Source of the DNA: Patescibacteria group bacterium
Lineage (GTDB): Bacteria; Patescibacteriota; Minisyncoccia; UBA6257; 1-14-0-10-40-38
Direction of reading: 5' to 3'
DNA length: 57,025 bases
NCBI GenBank assembly: GCA_038064975.1
Contig: JBBTRX010000007.1
Location: forward strand, 1 to 57,025
The stretch's first letter is position 1; each line of letters opens with the position of its first letter. The notes beneath the pieces are model-generated. The model saw nothing but the letters and a program-made list of their open reading frames with translations. It was not told where the DNA came from and searched no databases. The translations under genes and the position numbers were made by a program. This document shows positions 10,866-18,498 of the stretch, one piece after another.

Positions 10866-11603
10866 TCAACTATTAGTCTTTAATTGTAACTCACTTTCTA
10901 TAAATTTATCCAGATCTCCATTTAAAACCTTATCGGGATCGTGATGCTCAACTTTCGTGCGATGATCTTTCACAAGCTTATAGGGATGGAGGACGTACGA
11001 GCGTATCTGACTTCCCCATTCCGGTTTCACTTTCGTACGAAGCTCTGAGATTTTATTTTTCTGCTCGGTTTCCAGAAGGTGGATGAGCTTTGATTTTAAA
11101 ATCTGCATCGCCTTCTCGCGGTTCTGTTGTTGGGAACGCTCTACTCGTGAAGATATAACGATGCCTGTCGGTTTATGTGATACGCGCACCGCGGTTTCCA
11201 CCTTGTTTACGTTTTGCCCTCCCGGCCCTCCGGCACGTGAAAAACTTACATCAATATCTTCTTCCGGTATCACAATGTTGCGATATTCGATAGTTGGAAG
11301 AATGGGAACGATTTCCACGAGCGCAAATGACGTGTGACGAAGTTTTTTTGCGGAAAAAGGAGAAATGCGCACAAGGCGGTGTACACCCATTTCACGTTTC
11401 AAGCCGCCATATACAAAATCACCCTTAATTTCCATCGCACGATCGTCGGTCATGAATGTTTTCCATCCACGACGTTCTACGTAGCGCATATACATGCGGA
11501 AGAGCATGTCTGCCCAGTCTTTTGCATCATCTCCACCAACGCCAGGATATATCGTAAGGTGAGCGGAATATTTGTCGTATTTTTCTTGCAGGGGTTGAAA
11601 CAT
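10866..11603 (-). CDS. prfB: Peptide chain release factor 2, N-terminally short form
   Basis: '[11 protein letters not shown]' (SPF motif), GGQ, 'WGSQIRSY'. Likely start is ATG 11603. Confidence 0.9.
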   Translation of the reverse strand: MFQPLQEKYDKYSAHLTIYPGVGGDDAKDWADMLFRMYMRYVERRGWKTFMTDDRAMEIKGDFVYGGLKREMGVHRLVRISPFSAKKLRHTSFALVEIVPILPTIEYRNIVIPEEDIDVSFSRAGGPGGQNVNKVETAVRVSHKPTGIVISSRVERSQQQNREKAMQILKSKLIHLLETEQKNKISELRTKVKPEWGSQIRSYVLHPYKLVKDHRTKVEHHDPDKVLNGDLDKFIESELQLKTNS

Positions 11604-11702
11604 AAATAACGAATGCAGTCTATCAGAGTTTGAGAGACAAAACAAAAACCCCGCAAAGCTTTATAAAAGCGAAGCGGGGTTTGAAAACCATCTTTAGTTT
11701 TC

Positions 11703-12104
11703 TTAGGAAACGAGAGTAAACCGAGGACCCCTGTAGTCCGGACGCTCAACGATGTCTTGAAACATTACGATTGGGCGAGCATATGATTTACCTCTACTGA
11801 AGACATAATATTGAGTCGTTTCTGGAATGAAAACTACCAACTCCTCATGCGTTTCTGTATGCTCTGCATTGCTACATACAATACCCACGAATAATCCATC
11901 CATGATAGCTTCTTGAACGCTTTTTTCAGATGCAGCACATAAGCTATCAAGAGAAACTGGCATGGGACAATAGTCTGCATCGAGAGTATAAATCACCAAC
12001 CTTTCGTCGGTTTCATCATGTCTCGCAATACCCAAAGTTCTATAGAGAGATCCTTTGAAATGCCGATAGAGTTGCCCCGTTTGGATAGTCTCTGACGTAA
12101 CCAT
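11703..12104 (-). CDS. DUF1653-family protein
   Basis: 'YRHFKG..Y..LGIARHDET.E.LVIY' and C-terminal 'YARP..MF...PRF'; AAGGAAGG RBS. Confidence 0.75.
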   Translation of the reverse strand: MVTSETIQTGQLYRHFKGSLYRTLGIARHDETDERLVIYTLDADYCPMPVSLDSLCAASEKSVQEAIMDGLFVGIVCSNAEHTETHEELVVFIPETTQYYVFSRGKSYARPIVMFQDIVERPDYRGPRFTLVS

Positions 12105-12151
12105 ATTCTGACCTTCCTTCCTGGGTTTGAAAAGAACTGGAAATTACTTTC

Positions 12152-12226
12152 TGGAGCCGGAGGTGAGAATCGAACTCACGGCCTGCTGTTTACGAAACAG
12201 CTGCTCTGCCCCTGAGCTACTCCGGC
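12152..12226 (-). tRNA. tRNA-Thr(CGT)
   Basis: gccggagtagctcagg...gctgt-ttCGTaa-acagc...gttcgattc...ctccggctCCA cloverleaf. Confidence 0.95.
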
Positions 12227-12389
12227 TGAATGAATTCAAATTTCGGCGGGCAGGTTTACCATCCGCCGGTTGGCGGATTGCTAAGGTGACCTAAAAGCCA
12301 GCCGATTGCGAAATTGAGCATATCACGGATATACGGTACCCTCAATATGGTACATTCGTAAATTTTCAACGAACCGGAGGAGAGTTCTC

Positions 12390-12698
12390 ATGTCTGAAGT
12401 CGATCCGTACGATCTTGATGGCACTGAGTATGCTCGTATTCTTCGTGAAGAGAATAAAGACCCTCTCAAAGATTCTGTTGATGAGGGTCCTCATCCGCTC
12501 CTTGAGCGAGATGCTCTCGTTGCAGACCTCATGGATCATCTCAATGAGTTCGAGAAAGATCTCAATAGTCGCCGATATCCAGAAGGCCGGTGGCGGACAG
12601 ATTCTTATCACGAATTTGATGAAGGATTTCTCTTGCGCCGAGAAATCTTGATCGCTGAAGTCTTGCGCTTCATTCACGAAGGAAGCAAAACTGTCTGA
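12390..12698 (+). CDS. Acidic hypothetical protein (102 aa)
   Basis: GGAGGAG RBS; downstream gcgcgct...agcgcgc-T6 terminator. Confidence 0.65.
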   Translation: MSEVDPYDLDGTEYARILREENKDPLKDSVDEGPHPLLERDALVADLMDHLNEFEKDLNSRRYPEGRWRTDSYHEFDEGFLLRREILIAEVLRFIHEGSKTV

Positions 12699-12772
12699 TG
12701 CCCCCGCGCGCTCTTCGCCTGAACAGCGCGCTTTTTTATATCCATTACTTAAATAAAGAACTACGTCAGACT

Positions 12773-12796
12773 CGTGAGCAGAATACGGGAATCCAA
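12773..12796 (-). pseudogene. Inverted partial duplicate of the tRNA-Gly 3' end
   Basis: cgtgagcagaatacgggaatccaa matches the reverse complement of 17596-17619 at 22/24 positions. Confidence 0.8.
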
Positions 12797-12831
12797 TATA
12801 GTTTGGTCCATAACAATTTTGCGGATGATGA

Positions 12832-12960
12832 GTATGTTTACGACTTCATTCGAACTTACTTTATAGTGAACTAGTCGAATCCACTTTATCAAAAATTCCT
12901 GGCTAAAAAAAGCCGCGCCGCGGAGGCACGGCTTCATCCTTTCGAAAAAAACAGAGATGG
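12832..12960 (+). repeat. Left arm of ~125-bp inverted repeat
   Basis: Reverse complement of 17412-17532, including a perfect 42-bp block aatccactttatcaaaaattcctggctaaaaaaagccgcgcc. Confidence 0.92.
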
Positions 12961-12961
12961 A

Positions 12962-14014
12962 TTATCCAAAAGTAAACGTAAACGCTTTGAGTCCGGGCTT
13001 TTGAATTTTCAGTTCAAGCGTGTTGGTTTCTGATTGATTGCCTTGAATAATTTTATAAAGGCGTGCTTCTTTTATCTTTAACACAGTCTTACCATCTAAA
13101 GTTCTAACAATATCCGACCCGGCTTCAAGTCCAAGCGGTTCTCCATCGCGGAGAACTTCTACAACTATTTCAGTGTCCGATTCCGCGACAAAGAAAACGT
13201 CCTTTGCAGTGTATTGATATATGATTCTTGCATCAGATGCAACGTTTTGAGCAAATTCAGGTGTTACATCCCAGCCATTGCTTGGAAAAAGGAAGTCTTT
13301 CTCGTTGGGTTCGCGTGCCGATCCAAAATATACCTCAGGGCTTCTTACACCACCCTGAACAGGGATTTCTTTGGTTATTGACTGATCTATTGTCCCGCTC
13401 TCCCCTAATACCGCCATTCTTTCGGCGAGCGCGTCCTGAATTTTTTGCTCCGTTTCTTCATAGCCACCTTCCCCGATATGGTCGTATACCACATAGCCAT
13501 CAATATCTATCAAGTACTTTCTCGGCCAGAATCGGTTCTGGTACGCATTCCATGTTGAATAGTCGTTATCAAGGACTACCGGATACTTGATCTCCAGTCT
13601 CTTCGTCGCTTCAAGAACATTTTGGTAAACCTTCTCAAACTCAAACTCCGGAGTATGAAGCCCGATAATAACAAGCCCCTTGTCTTTATATTTTTCATGC
13701 CACGCGTTTAAATACGGTGTCGTGCGCTGGCAATTAATACAAGAATAAGTCCAAATATCGAGGAGCACGACTTTTTTTCCGACAAATTCACCTATAGTGA
13801 CAGGGTTCCCGTCTGTATTGATGAAATCGTTGGGGGTCGTAATCTCTTTTGCAACAGAATAAAGCTTCGCTTTTTCTTCTTTACCTATCGTTGTTTTTAC
13901 ATCTACTTTTCCGCCGATTGTGTTGCGAGAAACTTTTTGCGAATTGAGATAGAAAATTCCACCGACAACGAGAATAGTGAGCAGTCCGAAGCTCATTATT
14001 TTTTGAGGGGACAT
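12962..14014 (-). CDS. Membrane-anchored redoxin, DipZ C-terminal-like thioredoxin protein
   Basis: 'WTYSCINC', 'IIGLHTPEFEFEK', 'WPRKYLID', C-terminal 'AFTFTFG'. Likely start is ATG 14014. Confidence 0.88.
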   Translation of the reverse strand: MSPQKIMSFGLLTILVVGGIFYLNSQKVSRNTIGGKVDVKTTIGKEEKAKLYSVAKEITTPNDFINTDGNPVTIGEFVGKKVVLLDIWTYSCINCQRTTPYLNAWHEKYKDKGLVIIGLHTPEFEFEKVYQNVLEATKRLEIKYPVVLDNDYSTWNAYQNRFWPRKYLIDIDGYVVYDHIGEGGYEETEQKIQDALAERMAVLGESGTIDQSITKEIPVQGGVRSPEVYFGSAREPNEKDFLFPSNGWDVTPEFAQNVASDARIIYQYTAKDVFFVAESDTEIVVEVLRDGEPLGLEAGSDIVRTLDGKTVLKIKEARLYKIIQGNQSETNTLELKIQKPGLKAFTFTFG

Positions 14015-14015
14015 A

Positions 14016-14798
14016 TTAAGCAAGCGTTTCTTTCTTAACAGCGGTTGAGGCAAGATAAGAAAGAAACCCGGGGATAAGCGGCAAAATGCAGGGACTTAAA
14101 AATGATCCGACTCCGGCAAGAAAAGAAACGCCGAAGTTAAAGATGGTAAGTGAGCTGATACCGCCACCAATTGATGTCGTTAAATTCAGAGCGAGAAGAA
14201 TATCTGTCAGGAATTGGAGATTCGCAACACGAGAGAGAGTTCCGGTAAAGACCAAAACACCCAGTGCGATAAGAATAACGCCGAAGAAATACTGGAAGTA
14301 GAGAAGTTTCTTGCCTAAGCGATTGATAAGCGCTTGCGCTTGGTTCGTGAAAAGCCCAACGAGAAGGAACGGGATTCCGAGCCCAAGCGTGTAGGCGACG
14401 AGAAGCAAAAATGCACTTCCAGCCGATGTTGTTGCGAGTGCCAAAATTGCGCCAAGCGCCGCAGAAACGCACGGGGTCCACCCCACGGCGAATGCCGCAC
14501 CAAAAACAAAAGAGGTAAGATAGTGGGAACGAAACCGACGCTTGACGAGAATCTTATGATCCGTCTTTAGGAACGCCGGAGTGAATAAGCCGAGTAAAAA
14601 AAATCCGAATAGAATAATAATAACGCCACCGAGTCTACCCAACCATTCTTGAACAGTGTAGGATGCGCTTGAAAGAACCGTCTGCAGGAGCACTCCAACA
14701 AGAGAGAACACCAGCGAGAAGCCAAGTACAAAGAAAACGCTTGAGAAGAAGATACTCCAATCGCGCGTAGGTTTTTCAGAAGATACGACTTGATTCAT
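14016..14798 (-). CDS. ccdA: CcdA/DsbD-beta family thiol-disulfide transporter, circularly permuted
   Basis: 'FAVGWTPCV' in the middle and 'FLAGVGSFLSPCILPLIPGFLSYL' at the C-terminus. Confidence 0.85.
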   Translation of the reverse strand: MNQVVSSEKPTRDWSIFFSSVFFVLGFSLVFSLVGVLLQTVLSSASYTVQEWLGRLGGVIIILFGFFLLGLFTPAFLKTDHKILVKRRFRSHYLTSFVFGAAFAVGWTPCVSAALGAILALATTSAGSAFLLLVAYTLGLGIPFLLVGLFTNQAQALINRLGKKLLYFQYFFGVILIALGVLVFTGTLSRVANLQFLTDILLALNLTTSIGGGISSLTIFNFGVSFLAGVGSFLSPCILPLIPGFLSYLASTAVKKETLA

Positions 14799-14810
14799 AG
14801 GTTCTATTTT

Positions 14811-15530
14811 TTATTGAGCGATTACTTTGTTTATCTCATTAAGATAGCGTGCCTTGTCCCATTGATCTGGCGCCTTGAGTAATTGTTTTCCGTTCTTCAC
14901 AAACACTTTTGTGTGCTGATAAGGAATGCCATATTTAACCGCCAGAGCTTTCTCGTCACTATCGGTGTCGCTATCTTTGTAATTAATGCGAATCCCTACC
15001 ACGTTGTCAGTCGTTAATTCGTTAAACGCAGGATACAAGGCGTTTGCCACCTCCGTCTTACAAGTCGGGCACCAGTTGGCATAGAAATAAAGAACCACAA
15101 GTTTGTCGGTTTTTATTGCTGCGTCGTAATCCGCTTTTGTAAAATCAAGAAGAGGCGCGGATTTTCCGGCAAGAACCATTCCTGTATATTTCGTCATCAT
15201 TGCTCCCTCCTCTTTTTTCATCGTTTCTCCCGCTTTCTTTTCCATCGTACCGTCTGGGTTTACCATAGTGCCATCAGGTTTAACCATGGTCCCATCGGGT
15301 TTCACCATCGTACCGTCTGGCTTTACCATAGTACCGTCAGCTTTTACAACTGTGCCGTCCTCTAATGTTTTTTCATTTGCTGGCGACTGTGCTGTTTGTG
15401 ATTGGTTGCGCGTAGCGAAATAAGAAATTCCGCCGATCACCACAACTAATGCAATTATTGCGATAATCATAGGCATCGCAAACCCCTGCCTGCCGGCAGA
15501 CATGGCTTTTTGTGAATTGTTGTTTGTCAT
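14811..15530 (-). CDS. Membrane-anchored thioredoxin-family protein with DGTMVKP tandem repeats
   Basis: 'FYANWCPTC'; N-terminal TM; 21-nt repeat array around 15240-15360. Confidence 0.85.
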   Translation of the reverse strand: MTNNNSQKAMSAGRQGFAMPMIIAIIALVVVIGGISYFATRNQSQTAQSPANEKTLEDGTVVKADGTMVKPDGTMVKPDGTMVKPDGTMVNPDGTMEKKAGETMKKEEGAMMTKYTGMVLAGKSAPLLDFTKADYDAAIKTDKLVVLYFYANWCPTCKTEVANALYPAFNELTTDNVVGIRINYKDSDTDSDEKALAVKYGIPYQHTKVFVKNGKQLLKAPDQWDKARYLNEINKVIAQ

Positions 15531-15545
15531 ATATTTTTTCGTTAA

Positions 15546-16400
15546 TTACGGATTCACAACGAACCAGACACCATTGACGTCCTGTCCTGTAGTGTCACCT
15601 GCCTTCATATCTTTAGACCAGAAATAAAGTGGTGCACCATTGTAGGTCGCCTGAATGGTCCCGTCTGCACGAGTAATTGTTCCAACTGCACCAGTCACTC
15701 CGGCTCCCGCAGAAATAGTCGCTCCCGCAGAAACGTTATATGCTGGCCATTTCGCGATGCAATCCCCCGCGCAGTTACTTACACCCGCACTGTCCTTTGT
15801 GAAGCGATACAATGTCATGCCATCTCCAGCAACGAGATATGTACCGATCTTTGAAGATGCTGAAACAACAGTATTTAAAGCGATAACATCGTGTGCCTTC
15901 TTTGACATCATCATTCCCTCGTCCTTTTTCATCATACTGTCTCCTTTGTTCATCATCGCCCCGTCTTTTTTCTGCATCATTACCTTCATCGCAGCGCGGG
16001 TTAGCGGACCGTAGTAGCCCGTCGACTTCACGCCGAGCATGGTCTGATGCTTCATCACCGCTGCTTTCGTAAGCGGGCCGAAATATCCCTTCGCGACTCC
16101 GGCGGGAATCATGAGAAGCCCCTTCTCTTCAAGGAGCATCTGGAGGGTCACGACTTTGTCACCGCGCGATCCGAAAAACAAATCCTCTTCGTGGGTCATG
16201 GTATCGCCCGACATCACGGCGTCTTTTTTCATCATTGAGTCGCCTGTACCCGTCATTGTATCTTTCTGCGTCATTGAGTCACTTTTCTTCATCATGGAAT
16301 CGCCCGTTGTTTCCACCGCAAAAACGCTTCCTGCTACAGCAAACATTGCAACCAACGCGAAGGTCGTCGCGCCAATTTTCAAATTCATTGTGTTGTTCAT
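15546..16400 (-). CDS. Secreted Met-rich protein with peptidoglycan-binding domain and COG4315-type Yx(F/W)xxD repeats
   Basis: 'GSRGDKVVTLQ..GYFGPLTKAAV'; 'GMTLYRFTKD..C...C...WP'; 'PLYFWSKD..GDTTGQ'. Confidence 0.8.
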   Translation of the reverse strand: MNNTMNLKIGATTFALVAMFAVAGSVFAVETTGDSMMKKSDSMTQKDTMTGTGDSMMKKDAVMSGDTMTHEEDLFFGSRGDKVVTLQMLLEEKGLLMIPAGVAKGYFGPLTKAAVMKHQTMLGVKSTGYYGPLTRAAMKVMMQKKDGAMMNKGDSMMKKDEGMMMSKKAHDVIALNTVVSASSKIGTYLVAGDGMTLYRFTKDSAGVSNCAGDCIAKWPAYNVSAGATISAGAGVTGAVGTITRADGTIQATYNGAPLYFWSKDMKAGDTTGQDVNGVWFVVNP

Positions 16401-16480
16401 ATAATTATTTTCTATTTTACTAAAAAAATATATTACTATATTCTCGACTACTTGCTTAATGATATGCCCTCATAAAAATG

Positions 16481-16501
16481 ATGTCAAGTATACTTTACAT
16501 A
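16481..16501 (-). promoter_or_regulatory. Putative XRE operator overlapping the -35 of a TTGACA-17-TATCAT promoter
   Basis: atgtcaagtatactttacata; near-identical to 17389-17409. Confidence 0.65.
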
Positions 16502-16517
16502 GCTATTGTGCATAACC

Positions 16518-16763
16518 CTACTTTACTAATGCATTATCCAGTTTTTGTTTATCAAATCCTAAAATAGAAATTTTGGATCCGTCGTCTTTCGTAATTACGG
16601 TAAACGGTACTCCCATCTGCCCGGACTCGGCAATCATTTCTTGAACAGCCTTTGGGTCTTTATCAACATAGATTTCTTCAAATGTAATTCCTTTTGATTG
16701 CAGGTACTCCGCTTCCATTTTGCAGTAAGGGCAAGTTGTTGTTTTATATATTTTAATTGTCAT
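16518..16763 (-). CDS. Glutaredoxin (NrdH/YruB-like)
   Basis: 'TTTCPYC', 'SGQMGVP', 'LGFD'. Confidence 0.9.
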   Translation of the reverse strand: MTIKIYKTTTCPYCKMEAEYLQSKGITFEEIYVDKDPKAVQEMIAESGQMGVPFTVITKDDGSKISILGFDKQKLDNALVK

Positions 16764-16775
16764 GGACGTTTTAAT

Positions 16776-17141
16776 TTAGTTGCTAATCCGACCATAGATA
16801 AGAGTAATAATTTTTGCTACGATCATTCCAGAGAGAACGAATACAAGCCACGGATCAAGATTATGATCGAAGCTTTGGACAATAATACCGAGTGTGAGTA
16901 GCGCAGTACCGACAAGAAATGCAATACGACCAGCCATCATTTTGTGAAGTCCCTCCCGTTCGTCTCTATGATTTTCCCTCCATACAAAACTCGCAAAAAA
17001 CGCAAAGACTACGACAAGTCCCAAAACCATCATCATGAGGAGCGCAGTCGGCATCCAAAAACCAAATGGATTGAGGAAAAGGATGAGTAGAATAATGAGT
17101 ATTCCGGAAATTGAGACTTCTTGTAGTAGATTATTTTTCAT
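16776..17141 (-). CDS. 4-TM membrane protein (DUF2178-like), partner of XRE regulator
   Basis: 'DERE' motif between TM pairs; overlaps the HTH gene. Confidence 0.7.
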   Translation of the reverse strand: MKNNLLQEVSISGILIILLILFLNPFGFWMPTALLMMMVLGLVVVFAFFASFVWRENHRDEREGLHKMMAGRIAFLVGTALLTLGIIVQSFDHNLDPWLVFVLSGMIVAKIITLIYGRISN

Positions 17142-17343
17142 ATTTTATTTGGAAAATATCCTCAACTGATTTTTTGAAAAATTTAGCTATTTTCAAGGCT
17201 AAAGTGATTGACGGAGTATAATTTCCTTTCTCAATGGCGATAATCGTCTGACGGGTTACTCCAACCGCTTCGGCCAACGCCTCTTGGGTAATATCAGATT
17301 TTGTCCGTAACTCGTAGACTTGGTTCTTGATGATTTCCTTCAT
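17131..17343 (-). CDS. XRE/Cro-C1 HTH transcriptional regulator
   Basis: '[38 protein letters not shown]'. Confidence 0.93.
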   Translation of the reverse strand: MKEIIKNQVYELRTKSDITQEALAEAVGVTRQTIIAIEKGNYTPSITLALKIAKFFKKSVEDIFQIKYEK

Positions 17344-17388
17344 AATTCATATATCTGATATATTTCAGTATAGTGTCTGGGAATTCGA

Positions 17389-17409
17389 ATGTCAAATTAA
17401 CTTTACATA
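17389..17409 (-). promoter_or_regulatory. Putative XRE operator overlapping the -35 of a TTGACA-17-TATACT promoter
   Basis: atgtcaaattaactttacata upstream of the HTH gene. Confidence 0.65.
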
Positions 17410-17411
17410 AC

Positions 17412-17532
17412 CCATCTCTGTTTTTTTGAAAGAGTGAAGCCGGGGGCGCGGCTTTTTTTAGCCAGGAATTTTTGATAAAGTGGATTAGACTAGTTCACTA
17501 TAAAATAAGTTTGAGCACAGTCGTAAATATAC
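17412..17532 (-). repeat. Right arm of ~125-bp inverted repeat
   Basis: Reverse complement of 12832-12960; ends 12 nt before tRNA-Gly. Confidence 0.92.
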
Positions 17533-17544
17533 CCCAGTTTTGTT

Positions 17545-17615
17545 GCGGAATTAGTACAGTGGTAGTACGATAGCTTCCCAAGCTATAGACGCGGGTTCGA
17601 TTCCCGTATTCCGCT
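17545..17615 (+). tRNA. tRNA-Gly(CCC), CCA not encoded
   Basis: gcggaattagtacagtggt...atagc-ttCCCaa-gctat...ggttcgattcccgtattccgct. Confidence 0.95.
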
Positions 17616-17627
17616 CACGGATTAGAT

Positions 17628-18215
17628 CTACTTCCGAAAAACTATCTGTTCCCCGTTCCAGGTAAGCACGGGGTCAAGGATATAGATTTTAGCGTTTTTT
17701 CTTGTTTCAGCAAGCCAGGCAAGATATGCATCTTGCGTTTCAAACGCCTCCCCCGCCACGATCTCCTCGCGCGCCTGGGGAATAAGAACAAAAGTTTTGA
17801 ATTGATTGAGGGGAACGCCATAGAGCTCCTGAACTGCGTTTTCTAAATCTGGATTTTCCTGTTCCAAGGTCGCGATGCGATCCATAACGCGCTCGTCAAA
17901 ATCTGCTTTTTTTATTTCCTGGAATTTATTCAAGAGCAATTCGTTTTCAACAAGCTTATCTAACGTAACGCGCCGCACCTCGTGCCGGTTCACTTTATTT
18001 ACATCCTCTTCGCTTGCTCCAAAGAATTGTCCTGCTTGCGTATAGTAATGGAAAATTGACGTGCTCGTTTGTTCAAAACGGGATGCGCCTACTAATTTAC
18101 CGTTCACAATCGCGACAGGATACCATCCTTTTTGGATCGCAATATGCACGCCAATGCCGCACACCACCATCGCGAGAAAGAAAATGAGTAAAGGAATTCT
18201 TTTCATATTATTCAT
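17628..18215 (-). CDS. SurA N-terminal-like membrane-anchored chaperone domain protein
   Basis: TM then 'VAIVNG', 'TLDKLVENELL', 'QELYG'. Confidence 0.65.
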   Translation of the reverse strand: MNNMKRIPLLIFFLAMVVCGIGVHIAIQKGWYPVAIVNGKLVGASRFEQTSTSIFHYYTQAGQFFGASEEDVNKVNRHEVRRVTLDKLVENELLLNKFQEIKKADFDERVMDRIATLEQENPDLENAVQELYGVPLNQFKTFVLIPQAREEIVAGEAFETQDAYLAWLAETRKNAKIYILDPVLTWNGEQIVFRK

Positions 18216-18477
18216 TGTTGGGCACTAGGATAATAAGCCGCTCACCAGGTTTTTTATAATGAAACAAAGCCTTGATATCTTTTTCTAAATTTTCCAAATT
18301 CCCTAAATAATCAAGATTCTCTTTAAGTTTTGCATTCTCTTCTGTAAGCGCGGAGAGTGTTTCCTGCGCTTTGTTTCGTTTGCGCTCCTCTGCAAGGCGG
18401 CCAGTATTTAACCGGAGCAAGTGTATGCCGGCAAATATCGCAATTCCAAGAAGGATAACCGTACCGAAAATACGCAT
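18208..18477 (-). CDS. Septum formation initiator (FtsB/DivIC-like)
   Basis: TM, coiled coil, 'LEK..K..F.YKKPGE.LIIL'. Confidence 0.75.
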   Translation of the reverse strand: MRIFGTVILLGIAIFAGIHLLRLNTGRLAEERKRNKAQETLSALTEENAKLKENLDYLGNLENLEKDIKALFHYKKPGERLIILVPNNE

Positions 18478-18498
18478 ACCCTTATCATACCTCCCGCT

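Larger units (their letters stand above)
12773..17619. mobile_element. Inverted-repeat-bounded, tRNA-Gly-associated redox cargo cassette without a recombinase gene
   Basis: ~125-bp inverted repeats plus an inverted tRNA fragment enclose seven co-oriented genes. Confidence 0.6.

Noticed and set aside
15240-15360. 21-nt tandem repeats as a possible CRISPR array
   Set aside because: In-frame coding repeats (DGTMVKP) with no spacers and no cas genes.
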